Positions 46,635 to 54,907 of a stretch of 64,000 bases of DNA are shown one piece after another. The first letter of the stretch is position 1. Every line of letters begins with the position of its first letter. The notes under the pieces are model-generated. The model worked only from the letters and a program-made list of their open reading frames with translations, was not told the origin of the DNA and ran no database searches. This stretch comes from PVC group bacterium. GTDB lineage: Bacteria; Auribacterota; Erginobacteria; Erginobacterales; Erginobacteraceae. A program made the position numbers and the translations under genes. The stretch spans positions 9,227 to 73,226 of the forward strand of contig JAXGWO010000011.1 in NCBI GenBank assembly GCA_040773245.1. Reading direction: 5' to 3'.

Positions 46635-46689
46635 GCCCGTACTCGTACTTGAAAATGCCTGACTTCGGGCCGAGTACGAGGACGAGTAC
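46635..46689. repeat. second copy of the GTACGA-hexamer hairpin element (REP-like)
   Basis: cccgtactcgtacttg ... ccgagtacgaggacgagtacg. Shares the exact 21-mer CGAGTACGAGGACGAGTACGA with 32857..32877. Lies between the arnA-like and arnD-like genes. Confidence 0.45.
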
Positions 46690-46714
46690 GAAGGAGATGA
46701 CGGGCAAGGAAAAG

Positions 46715-47635
46715 ATGAAGCGGCTGGGGCTGAGAATCGACGTCGATACCTACGACGGCGCCCGCAAGGGCGTCCCGGCCCTCCTCGATCTTCTCGCGGA
46801 ACACCGCGTCCGGGGCACCTTTTTCTGCTCGGTCGGGCCGGATAATATGGGCCGCCACCTGCTGCGGCTGTTTCGGCCCCGGTTCCTCGTCAAGATGCTC
46901 CGCTCCCGGGCCCCCGGGCTCTATGGCTGGCGGATCATCTTCCGGGGCACCCTCGGCCCCGGTCCCCGGATCTCCCGGGCCCTCGCCCCCTACCTGGGAC
47001 GGGCGGCCGGGGAGAAGCACGAGATCGGGCTCCACGGTCTCGACCACCATCGCTGGCAGACCCGGGGGGAGGGTTTCCGCGCCGGCCAGATCGTCGAAGA
47101 GATCAGAACGGGGAGCCGGATCATCGAGGACCTGGGCGGCAGCGTGGTCCGGTCTTTCGCCGCTCCCTCCTGGCGGGGGACCGGGGCTCTCCTCGAAGCC
47201 GAGCGGGAACTCGGATTGGCCTACGGGAGCGACTGCCGGGGGGAGTGTCTCTTCCGTCCCCTCCTCGCCGGCCGACCCTCCCCGGTTCCCCAGGTTCCGG
47301 TCACCCTGCCCACCTACGACGAGGTGATCGGCCGGGAAGGGGTCGGCGACGCCGGTTACAACCGCCATCTTTTCTCCCGCCTCCGTCCCGGCCGGCTCAA
47401 TGTCCTGGCCGTCCACGCCGAGGTCGAGGGGATGAGCAAACGGCCGCTCTTCGCGGAGTTCATCGCCGCCGCCCGGCGGGAGGGGTGGGAGTTGGTCCCC
47501 CTCGCCTCCCTTCTTCCCCCCGACCTATCAGCGCTCCCGGCCGGAAGAATGGAGCGGGGGTCGGTCCCCGGGCGGGAGGGTTGGGTGGCGGTCCAGGGAG
47601 AGAGCCAGGGAGGTGTTCCGCCGTGCGCTGGCTGA
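46715..47635 (+). CDS. arnD: ArnD-like 4-deoxy-4-formamido-L-arabinose-phosphoundecaprenol deformylase (polysaccharide deacetylase fold)
   Basis: 'MKRLGLRIDVDTYDGARKGVPALLDLL' parallels the E. coli ArnD N-terminus (GLRIDVDTFRGTREG). NodB-like His motifs 'GLHGLDHH'. Confidence 0.8.
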   Translation: MKRLGLRIDVDTYDGARKGVPALLDLLAEHRVRGTFFCSVGPDNMGRHLLRLFRPRFLVKMLRSRAPGLYGWRIIFRGTLGPGPRISRALAPYLGRAAGEKHEIGLHGLDHHRWQTRGEGFRAGQIVEEIRTGSRIIEDLGGSVVRSFAAPSWRGTGALLEAERELGLAYGSDCRGECLFRPLLAGRPSPVPQVPVTLPTYDEVIGREGVGDAGYNRHLFSRLRPGRLNVLAVHAEVEGMSKRPLFAEFIAAARREGWELVPLASLLPPDLSALPAGRMERGSVPGREGWVAVQGESQGGVPPCAG

Positions 47636-48078
47636 TCGACGGTTACAACGTCCTGATCGGAAACGACCTGGGCTGGGACGAGGCGGCGCGCGCCAGATTC
47701 GGGGCGGAAGTGGCCGGGTACTTTGCCGGGAAACAGGTCGAGGTGACCATCGTCTATGACAGCCGTTTCAGCCCGGTCATCCAGCGCCGCGCGCTCTCGC
47801 CGGCCTGCGGCGAGATCTACGCCGCCGACGCCGACAGCTACCTGGTCGAAACCGTCGAGCGGAGCGATCACCCCCGGGGGATCTTCCTGGTCACCGACGA
47901 CCGGGAGATCCTCGACGCCATCCGTCCTCGCCGCCCCCGGAGAGTTTCCACCGCCGAGTTCCTCGGCCTTCTGAAACAGCCTCCGCCACCCCGCCGCGAT
48001 GAGGAAAAGCCGGAGCGGGATACCCCGGCCGATATCGAGCGCTACCTGAAGATCTTCGGGGATTCCGACCGGTCTTAG
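47623..48078 (+). CDS. NYN-domain (YacP-like) putative RNase
   Basis: GTG start. 'RWLIDGYNVLIGN' matches the YacP/NYN N-terminal motif. 151 aa. Confidence 0.6.
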   Translation: MRWLIDGYNVLIGNDLGWDEAARARFGAEVAGYFAGKQVEVTIVYDSRFSPVIQRRALSPACGEIYAADADSYLVETVERSDHPRGIFLVTDDREILDAIRPRRPRRVSTAEFLGLLKQPPPPRRDEEKPERDTPADIERYLKIFGDSDRS

Positions 48079-48122
48079 CGAGGATGGCCGGGACTTTTCC
48101 CGAGGCCGCCTTCGGTCCGGGA

Positions 48123-48512
48123 TCAGGCGCCCAATTCCTCGACTTTCTTCAGCAGGAGTCGGGGGTCGATCGGCTTTTCCAGGAACTCGGTGACCGGGAG
48201 GTAGATCTCGTCGATGTCCCGCCGGGAGAACTTGGAGGGGAAATCGCTCTCCCGGTTGACCGAGGTCAGCATCAGGATCGGGGTCCGGCCGATCTCCCCG
48301 TCGTGACGGATCTCCCGCGCCATCTTGAATCCGGCTTCCTGGTCGCCGGGGAACATCACGTCGAGGATGATCAAACCCGGGCGGAAGCGACGGATGTTTT
48401 CCAGCAGCCCGTCCCGGTCATTCTGGGACTCCACTTCGTGTCCGGCCGCCTTCAGGGTCATCTCCATAAAACCGACCATATCCACGTCGTCATCGACGAT
48501 ATAGACCTTCAT
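48123..48512 (-). CDS. single-domain response regulator (receiver only)
   Basis: 'MKVYIVDDDVDMVGFM...LIILDVMFPG...ILMLTSV' receiver motifs. Start overlaps the hydF stop (ATGA). Confidence 0.75.
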   Translation of the reverse strand: MKVYIVDDDVDMVGFMEMTLKAAGHEVESQNDRDGLLENIRRFRPGLIILDVMFPGDQEAGFKMAREIRHDGEIGRTPILMLTSVNRESDFPSKFSRRDIDEIYLPVTEFLEKPIDPRLLLKKVEELGA

Positions 48513-49771
48513 CCTTGATTCTCCTCGCGCTGTTTCCCGTTTAATCGGCCCGCCGGGCCGGAGATTAGCGGCTTCACTTCCGGGAACGGGGCCAGGGCCC
48601 GCCGGAAGATCCCTCCGCAGTAGGCCAGGGCGATCCCGTAATTGGTGATCGGGACCCCGGCCTGTTGGCACCGCATAATCCGGAAGAGCACCTCCTTCCG
48701 GTTAAACATACAGGATCCGCAGTGAATAACCAAGCGGTAATCACCGAGGTCGCCGGGGAAATCGTGGCCGGCGACCACCCGGGTCTCCACGGGGCGGCCG
48801 AGCCTGCCGGCGAGCAGACGGGGGATCTGGACCCGCCCGATGTCGTCGCCGACCGGGTGGTGGGTGCAGGCTTCGGCGATCAGGACCCGGTCCCCGGGCT
48901 GGAGGCGGTCGATGGCGAGCGCGCCTTCGGCGAAGGTCGCCAGGTCGCCCTTGAGCCGGGCGAAGAGGATCGAGAAGGAGGTCAAGGGGATCTCCGGCGG
49001 GGTGAGGCGGGCGACGGCCCCGAAGGCCTGGGAGTCGGTGACCACCAGAGCGGGCGGAGTCTTCAGGTCGGCCAGGGCCCGGGCCAGCCCGGTCTCCTTG
49101 ACCACCAGGCAGGCCGCGTCGTGGTCGAGGAGATCCCGGATGGTCTGGACCTGGGGCAGGATCAGCCTTCCCCGGGGGGCCTCGAGGTCGATCGGGACCA
49201 CCAGGACCGCCGTCTCCCCGGGGCGGATCAGATCCCCGGCGATCGGCCGGGCGGCGAGGAGATCCTCCGGCAGTTTCTCGAGCAGCCGCTGCTTGAAGAG
49301 ATCGATCCCCGCCCCCCGGCTGGCCTGGGCCTCCATCCAGGAGATCCCCGCGGCCTCCAGCCGGCCGGTCAATGTCCGGTCCGGGCGGGCTAGGTCGGAC
49401 TTGTTGAAGACCACGATCGCCGGGACCTTCTCGGCCGCAAATCGCTGGAGCAGATTCTCCTCGGATCCGCCCCATTGATCCGCCTCGGCGACGACCACCG
49501 CCAGGTCGGCCCGCTCGATCGTTTTCAGCGACCGGGCGATCCGCTGCCCCCCCAGCGCCCCCCGGTCGTCGATCCCGGCGGTGTCGATGAAGAGCACCGG
49601 CCCGATCGGGAGCAGCTCCATCGCCTTCTCCACCGGGTCGGTGGTGGTCCCCGGGGTCTCGGAGACGATCGAGATCGGCTGGCCGGTGAGGGCGTTGAGA
49701 AAGGACGACTTCCCGACATTGCGCCGCCCGAAGATCCCGATCTGGATTCTCATCCCCTTGGAGGTCTTCAT
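48509..49771 (-). CDS. hydF: [FeFe]-hydrogenase maturation GTPase
   Basis: 'IGIFGRRNVGKSS' G1 P-loop. 'DTAGID' G3. 'FNKSD' G4. C-terminal Cys cluster 'EACTHHP...IHCGSCMF' for FeS binding. Start taken as MKTSKG (track extends 8 codons further upstream). Confidence 0.8.
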   Translation of the reverse strand: MKTSKGMRIQIGIFGRRNVGKSSFLNALTGQPISIVSETPGTTTDPVEKAMELLPIGPVLFIDTAGIDDRGALGGQRIARSLKTIERADLAVVVAEADQWGGSEENLLQRFAAEKVPAIVVFNKSDLARPDRTLTGRLEAAGISWMEAQASRGAGIDLFKQRLLEKLPEDLLAARPIAGDLIRPGETAVLVVPIDLEAPRGRLILPQVQTIRDLLDHDAACLVVKETGLARALADLKTPPALVVTDSQAFGAVARLTPPEIPLTSFSILFARLKGDLATFAEGALAIDRLQPGDRVLIAEACTHHPVGDDIGRVQIPRLLAGRLGRPVETRVVAGHDFPGDLGDYRLVIHCGSCMFNRKEVLFRIMRCQQAGVPITNYGIALAYCGGIFRRALAPFPEVKPLISGPAGRLNGKQREENQG

Positions 49772-49778
49772 CTTATCC

Positions 49779-51185
49779 TCAGAAGTAAAGATCACGTTCT
49801 CCCCGTTGGGCGATCCGCTCCAGGCGGCGGCCGGTCTCCTCCCGGGTCGCCGGGTCCCCGATCCCGGCCAGCTCCCGTTCGATCAGCTTCCTCCCCGCCT
49901 CCCGGGTGGCCGGGGGGGCGTAGTCCTCCAGATACTCGGTCAGGGTGAGCAGCGCGTTGGGGGTGCAGAAGTTGCGGATGAAACCGGGGACGGCGAACTC
50001 CATAAACCTCTCCCCGGTCCTTCCCAGCCGGTAGCAGGCGGTGCAGAAACTGGGGACGAAGTCCCGGTCGATCAGGTCCCGGATGATCTCGTCCATCGGG
50101 CGGACGTCCCCGATCTCGAACTGCTCCCGCTTCAGTTCCTGGTCTCCCCGCCTGGTGTAGCCGGCCAGCTCGATCCGGGTGCCGGCGTCGATCTGGGAGA
50201 CCCCGAACTCCATCACCTCCCGCCGGATCCGCGGGGTCTCCCGGGCGGTCAGGATCATCCCGGTGTAGGGAACGGCCAGTCTCAGGACCGCGACCAGCTT
50301 CTTGAAGTCCCGGTCGGAGACCAGGCAGCGGTCGTCGAGCTTCACCCCGTGGGCCGGGCGGAGGCGGGGGAAGCTGATGGTGTGGGGGCCGCAGCCGAAA
50401 CGGTCGGCCAGAAACCGCGAGTGGGTGACCAGGCCGAGGACTTCGAACCGCCAGTCGTAGAGGCCGAAGAGGGCCCCGATCCCCACGTCGTCGCACCCCG
50501 CCTCCCAGGCCCGGGTCAGGCCGTCGAGCCGGTAGAGGTAGTCCCCCTTGCGGGTCCCCGGAGGATGGAACTTCCGGTAGGTCGGGTGGTGGTAGGTCTC
50601 CTGGAAGATCTGGTAGGTCCCGATCCCCGCCGCCTTGACCGTCCGGAAGCCGCCATAGTCGAGCGGGGCGGCGTTGACGTTCACGCGGCGGATCTCGCCC
50701 GGCCCCCGCCGGATCGAGTAGACTTTTCTCACCGTACGGGCGATAAACTCCGGGGAATAGTCCGGATGCTCCCCGAAGACCAGGATCAGCCGTTTGTGGC
50801 CGGCGTTCAGCAGCGCCTCCACCTGCCCCTCGATCTCGTCTTCGGTCAGGGTCTGGCGGACCGTGGTCCTCAGGCTCCGGCGGAAGGCGCAGTAGCCGCA
50901 GTCGTTTACGCAGTAGTTGCCGATATAGAGCGGGGCGAAGATCACGATCCGGTTGCCGTAAACTTCACGCTTGAGCTTCCGCGCGGCGGCGAAGATCTCC
51001 TCATTGAGGTCTTCCGAACCGGCGGCCAGGAGCGCCGCGGTCTCCCCGACCGTCAGGGGGACCTTCTCGAGGCTCTTGGCGATGACCTCCCGGACCCGGG
51101 CCGGGTCTTCCCCGGTTCCGGCCAGGATCTCTTCGATCCGTCCGTCGTCGATGAAATCGACCGCGTTCTTCGACAGTTCCTTCAT
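49779..51185 (-). CDS. hydG: [FeFe]-hydrogenase maturase, radical-SAM tyrosine lyase
   Basis: 'YIGNYCVNDCGYCAF' radical-SAM CX3CX2C motif. C-terminal 'SFCTACYR...C' auxiliary-cluster Cys motif. Start at MKELSKNAVDFID. The track's upstream 28 codons overlap the hybrid kinase gene and are rejected. Confidence 0.85.
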   Translation of the reverse strand: MKELSKNAVDFIDDGRIEEILAGTGEDPARVREVIAKSLEKVPLTVGETAALLAAGSEDLNEEIFAAARKLKREVYGNRIVIFAPLYIGNYCVNDCGYCAFRRSLRTTVRQTLTEDEIEGQVEALLNAGHKRLILVFGEHPDYSPEFIARTVRKVYSIRRGPGEIRRVNVNAAPLDYGGFRTVKAAGIGTYQIFQETYHHPTYRKFHPPGTRKGDYLYRLDGLTRAWEAGCDDVGIGALFGLYDWRFEVLGLVTHSRFLADRFGCGPHTISFPRLRPAHGVKLDDRCLVSDRDFKKLVAVLRLAVPYTGMILTARETPRIRREVMEFGVSQIDAGTRIELAGYTRRGDQELKREQFEIGDVRPMDEIIRDLIDRDFVPSFCTACYRLGRTGERFMEFAVPGFIRNFCTPNALLTLTEYLEDYAPPATREAGRKLIERELAGIGDPATREETGRRLERIAQRGERDLYF

Positions 51186-51189
51186 CGGA

Positions 51190-52317
51190 TCAATCCTTCC
51201 CGGCTGGCAGGCAAACGGTGAAGGTGGAACCCCGGTCGGGTTCGCTCTCCACCTCGATCCTTCCGTCATAGAGTTCCACCAGGCGCTTGAGGATCGAGAG
51301 CCCCAGACCGCTGCCCAGGACGTTTCGCGTCCGCTTGTCCTTGAGCCGGACGAACTCGCCGAAAAGCTTCTCTCTCCCCTCCGGGGAGATCCCGATCCCG
51401 GTGTCGCTGACCGAGATCGCCGTTTCCGGACCCTTCCGGGAGAGAACGATCTCCACCCGTCCGCCCTCGTGGTTGTACTTGACGGCGTTGCTGACCAGGT
51501 TGTTGAAGATCATCGCGATCTCTCCCCGGTCCGCGCGGACAACCAGGCTTTCCGGGCCGTCGATCCGGAGGGCGATCCGGCGGGAGCCGGCCTCCCAGGA
51601 CGCCAGCTCGGCCGCCTCCTTCGCCGCCCCGACCAGGTCGACCTCTTCCAGGGTCCGCTCCTTCTTTCCCGACTCCAGCCGGGTCATCTCCAGCAGGTCG
51701 GAGATCAGTTTCTTCATCTGCTCGAGCCGGAGCAGGGACCGGTTCACCACTTCCCCGTAAGGCCCGATATCCTCCCCCAGGGTCCGGTCGCGGAGGATGA
51801 AGAGGGCCCCGGCCACGGCGTTCAGGGGGGCCTTCAGCTCGTGGCCGAGAACCCGGATGAACTCGAACCGGACCTGCTTCTTCTCCGCTTCCAGGGCTTT
51901 CGCCCGCCGGGCGAGGAGGATCGCCCCGGCGGCCTTGCGGACGGCGTGCTTGAGGTCGTCCGGGGTGAACGGCTTGGTCAGGAAGTCGTAGGCTCCCTGC
52001 CGGGTGGCCGCGATCGCGGTCTCGATCGAGGCGTAGGCGGTGATCATCACCGTCAGCATCTCCGGGGAAGCGTTCGCGGTCCGCCGCAGGACGTCCAGGC
52101 CGGTGATGTCCGGAAGCTTGTAGTCGAGGAGGAGGATGTCCGGGGGTCCGGCGGCGATGGCGGTGACCGCCTCCTCCCCGGTGGCCGCGGTCTCCACCCG
52201 GAAGCCGATCTCCCCTTCGATATCGGGGAGACGGACGGAAAAGTTTTCCAGCGATCGCTCGATCCCGCCCAGCATCCCCGGCTCGTCGTCGACCGCCAGT
52301 ACTCTCAGCGTATTCAT
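51190..52317 (-). CDS. hybrid response-regulator / histidine kinase (REC-HisKA-HATPase_c)
   Basis: 'LRVLAVDDE...ILLLDYKLPDITG...VMITAY' receiver domain. H-box 'RVLGHELKAPLNAV'. 'MIFNNLVSNAVKY', 'SDTGIGI' and 'GLGLSI' ATPase boxes. Confidence 0.85.
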   Translation of the reverse strand: MNTLRVLAVDDEPGMLGGIERSLENFSVRLPDIEGEIGFRVETAATGEEAVTAIAAGPPDILLLDYKLPDITGLDVLRRTANASPEMLTVMITAYASIETAIAATRQGAYDFLTKPFTPDDLKHAVRKAAGAILLARRAKALEAEKKQVRFEFIRVLGHELKAPLNAVAGALFILRDRTLGEDIGPYGEVVNRSLLRLEQMKKLISDLLEMTRLESGKKERTLEEVDLVGAAKEAAELASWEAGSRRIALRIDGPESLVVRADRGEIAMIFNNLVSNAVKYNHEGGRVEIVLSRKGPETAISVSDTGIGISPEGREKLFGEFVRLKDKRTRNVLGSGLGLSILKRLVELYDGRIEVESEPDRGSTFTVCLPAGKD

Positions 52318-52361
52318 AGTCTTGTGGTTATTCAGGGTTGATATCTTGAGTCAAGTGATCG

Positions 52362-52454
52362 GTAGTCAGTGAGCAGTCAGCAGTCAGCTCCCACCGATTA
52401 CTGATTACCGCTTCCTATCCTTCGGAGGCTTCAGACTGCTCACTGCTTACTATT
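52362..52454. repeat. imperfect inverted repeat built from CAGTCAG/CTGACTG units (agtcagtgagcagtcagcagtcagc ... tcagactgctcactgcttact) in the intergenic gap between the receiver and hybrid kinase genes
   Basis: Seen directly in the sequence. ~20-nt arms separated by ~45 nt in a 146-bp non-coding gap. Confidence 0.35.
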
Positions 52455-52463
52455 CCCCATTCC

Positions 52464-52862
52464 CTATTCCCCAAGGAGCTTCTCCAGCTCGGCCACGATC
52501 TGCTCGGGCCGGACCGGCTTGTCGAGGAGCAGATCGGCCTTGATCCAGCTCCGCTCCTCCCGGGTGACGGCGGCGAACTCGATCCCGGTCTCCCCGGCCA
52601 CCCCGGTGACGATGATCACCGGCAGGCCGGGGTAAAGCTTCTTCGCCCGGTAGCAGAGGACGAATCCGCCGTCATCCTCTTCCAGCATCAGGTCGGCGAC
52701 CAGGGCGTCCGGCCGCTGGCGGGCCAACCGCTCTTCCGCTTCCTTCCTGGTTCCGGCCTTGAGCACCCGGTACCCGGCTGAGCGGAGGATCAGCTCCAGC
52801 TGGAGGAGGAAATCCGGGTCGTCGTCCACGATCAGGATGGTCTTAGCTTCGTTCCCGGTCAT
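52464..52862 (-). CDS. single-domain response regulator (receiver only)
   Basis: 'KTILIVDDDPDFLL...ALVADLMLE...VIIVTGV' receiver motifs. 132 aa. Start overlaps the stop of the hydrogenase-like kinase (ATGA). It is the C-terminal part of track ORF 52464..54791, whose upstream 640 codons are an off-frame artefact. Confidence 0.8.
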   Translation of the reverse strand: MTGNEAKTILIVDDDPDFLLQLELILRSAGYRVLKAGTRKEAEERLARQRPDALVADLMLEEDDGGFVLCYRAKKLYPGLPVIIVTGVAGETGIEFAAVTREERSWIKADLLLDKPVRPEQIVAELEKLLGE

Positions 52863-54907
52863 AGCGGTTGTTCTCCGGGGTCGTGCCGCGGCAGGTCGAT
52901 GGTGAACTTCGTCCCGGTCGGCCCGGCGGCGGGGTCGGCGTTCGACTCCACGGCGATCTCCCCCCGGTGCATCTTGATGATCCCGTAGGTCACCGCCAAC
53001 CCCAGGCCGGTGCCCTTGCCGATCTGCTTGGTGGTGAAGAAGGGTTCGAAAATCTTGGAGAGGTTCTCCGCCGGTATCCCCACCCCGGTGTCGCTGACGG
53101 CGATAATGACGGACCGGGGCTGGTCGGCGATGGCGATGGCGATCCTGCCCCCGTCCGGCATCGCGGCGAAGGAGTTGGTGAGCAGGTTGGTGAGGACCTG
53201 GAGGAGCTGCTCCCGGTCCACCTCCGCCACCGGGTTCTCCATCCGGTCCTGAACCTCGATGGCGACGTTCTCCGGCTTGACCACCATCCGGCAGCCTCTG
53301 GCCACCAGGTCCCGGATGTCGACCGGTTCGCGCAGAACCTTGTTCTGCCGGGAGAAATGGAGGAGCCCGTTGACGATCTTCTTGCAGCGGTCGGCCTGCT
53401 CGACGATCGTCCGGGCGTCGTTCTTCAGCCGGCTCTCCTCCTGGAGGTCTTCGAGCATCAGGTGGGCGTACATCAGAACCACCCCCAGCGGGTTGTTGAC
53501 CTCGTGGGCGATCCCGGCGGCCAGCTGTCCCATACTGGCCAGCCACTCCGACTGCATCAGCGCCTCCTGGGTGGCGGCCAGCTCCCGGTTCGACCGGGCC
53601 AGCTCCCCCACCGTCAGGTTGAGCCGGTCGATGGTGTAGGGGAGGCACATCTCGCTCTCGGCCAGGTCCTTGAGAATGGCGACGGCGTGCTCGCGGCAGG
53701 ACGGATAGCCGCAGGCGCCGCAGTTCAGTTCGTCTTCCGGCTTGAACTTGCCCATCCTCTGGAGGATGGCGGTAATATCCTCGCCGGCCGGCTGCCTCAG
53801 CCGCTGGTCGAGGTCGGCGTAGGAGCGGGAGAGGTCGAGGCCGCGGAAGGTCTCCCGGGGGTCCTCTCCGGCCGAACTCCCGGTCTCTCCGGCCCGTTGC
53901 CGGGCGTAGTCGCTGATCCGGCTCCTCCGCCGGAAGAGGGGATCGGCGGTGGACATCCCCGCCCCCATAATGCAGCCGTCGCAGGCCAGGATCTCCAGCA
54001 GCCGGGTCCGCATCCCCCCGGTCCTGAACTCCTCGATGGCGGAGGTGAACCTCCGGCCGCTGGCGGTGACCACGTCGCTGGTCAGGAGGTCCTCCTTGAG
54101 GTCGGCGGCTTGAAGCAGGCCCCCGTGGAGGGGGAAGAGCGTCCCCAGGCCGCCCCGGGGCGGGTCGAAGTCGGAGGGGGCGGCCGCTTCCGGATCCAGA
54201 CCCGATTCGGCGAACATCCGCCGCAGCTCGACGAAGGTAAGCACCTCGTCGATCTCGCCTTCGATCAGGCGGTCGCGGGACTCGATCTTCTTGGCGGTGC
54301 AGGGCCCGATGAAGACCACCCGGATCTCCTCCCCCGCCCGCTCCCGGAGGGCCCGGGCGGCGGCCGCCATCGGGGAGACAATCGGGGCCAGGCGGCCGAT
54401 CAACTCGGGGTGGTATTTCTCCACGTAAAAGACCACCGCCGGGCAGGAGGTCGCGATGTACGGGCCGCCGCCTTCGTCCAGGAGCCGGTGGTAGCGGTCG
54501 GCCACCAGGTCGGCGCCGAAGGCCACCTCGTTGACCCGGGCGAAACCCAGGCCGCGGATCATCCCGACCAGGATTCGGTAATCGAATTCCGGGAAGTCCG
54601 CCGGGAAGCTGGGGGCGACGATCGCCGTCACCGGGCGGGGGCCGCTCAGGAGGCCGCGGACCGCGGCGGTGGAGTCGGTGATCACCTTCGCCCCCTGGGA
54701 GCAGACCCTCACGCAGTTTCCGCAGCCGATGCAGCGATCGTGGAGGACCGTGGCCTGGCCCTCGATGATCCGGATCGCCTTGGCCGGGCACTCCCGGACG
54801 CAGGTGTAGCAGACCCGGCAGCGGTCGGGGGCGGTCCGGACGGCCTTGAAAATGGTGTAGTCCTTGGCCGCCGGGGATGGACTTTTGGTTGTCGCGGATC
54901 CGGTCAA
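52859..54907 (-). CDS. hydS: sensory [FeFe]-hydrogenase-like domain fused to a histidine kinase (group-C-type putative H2 sensor; ferredoxin + H-domain + HisKA + HATPase_c)
   Basis: Two 4Fe-4S ferredoxin motifs ('[12 protein letters not shown]', '[11 protein letters not shown]'). H-cluster-type motifs L1-like '[18 protein letters not shown]', L2 '[10 protein letters not shown]' and L3 '[14 protein letters not shown]'. Extra Cys cluster 'CGACGYPSC'. H-box '[15 protein letters not shown]'. 'LLTNSFAAM', 'SDTGVGI' and 'GTGLGLAV' ATPase boxes. Confidence 0.85.
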   Translation of the reverse strand: MTGSATTKSPSPAAKDYTIFKAVRTAPDRCRVCYTCVRECPAKAIRIIEGQATVLHDRCIGCGNCVRVCSQGAKVITDSTAAVRGLLSGPRPVTAIVAPSFPADFPEFDYRILVGMIRGLGFARVNEVAFGADLVADRYHRLLDEGGGPYIATSCPAVVFYVEKYHPELIGRLAPIVSPMAAAARALRERAGEEIRVVFIGPCTAKKIESRDRLIEGEIDEVLTFVELRRMFAESGLDPEAAAPSDFDPPRGGLGTLFPLHGGLLQAADLKEDLLTSDVVTASGRRFTSAIEEFRTGGMRTRLLEILACDGCIMGAGMSTADPLFRRRSRISDYARQRAGETGSSAGEDPRETFRGLDLSRSYADLDQRLRQPAGEDITAILQRMGKFKPEDELNCGACGYPSCREHAVAILKDLAESEMCLPYTIDRLNLTVGELARSNRELAATQEALMQSEWLASMGQLAAGIAHEVNNPLGVVLMYAHLMLEDLQEESRLKNDARTIVEQADRCKKIVNGLLHFSRQNKVLREPVDIRDLVARGCRMVVKPENVAIEVQDRMENPVAEVDREQLLQVLTNLLTNSFAAMPDGGRIAIAIADQPRSVIIAVSDTGVGIPAENLSKIFEPFFTTKQIGKGTGLGLAVTYGIIKMHRGEIAVESNADPAAGPTGTKFTIDLPRHDPGEQPL

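Noticed and set aside
42404-46662. ORFs 42404..43423(-), 43435..44190(-), 44438..46441(-), 45706..46662(+), 42358..43107(+)
   Set aside because: Antisense or off-frame to arnB/arnC/arnA-like genes, which have strong positive motif evidence.
48665-50496. ORFs 48665..49393(+), 48741..49475(-), 49581..51221(+), 49792..50496(-)
   Set aside because: Shadow frames over hydF and hydG.
52865-54791. Upstream 640 codons of track ORF 52464..54791 and plus-strand ORF 52868..54931
   Set aside because: Off-frame or antisense to the hydrogenase-like kinase gene. Only the last 132 codons (receiver domain) of 52464..54791 are genuine.
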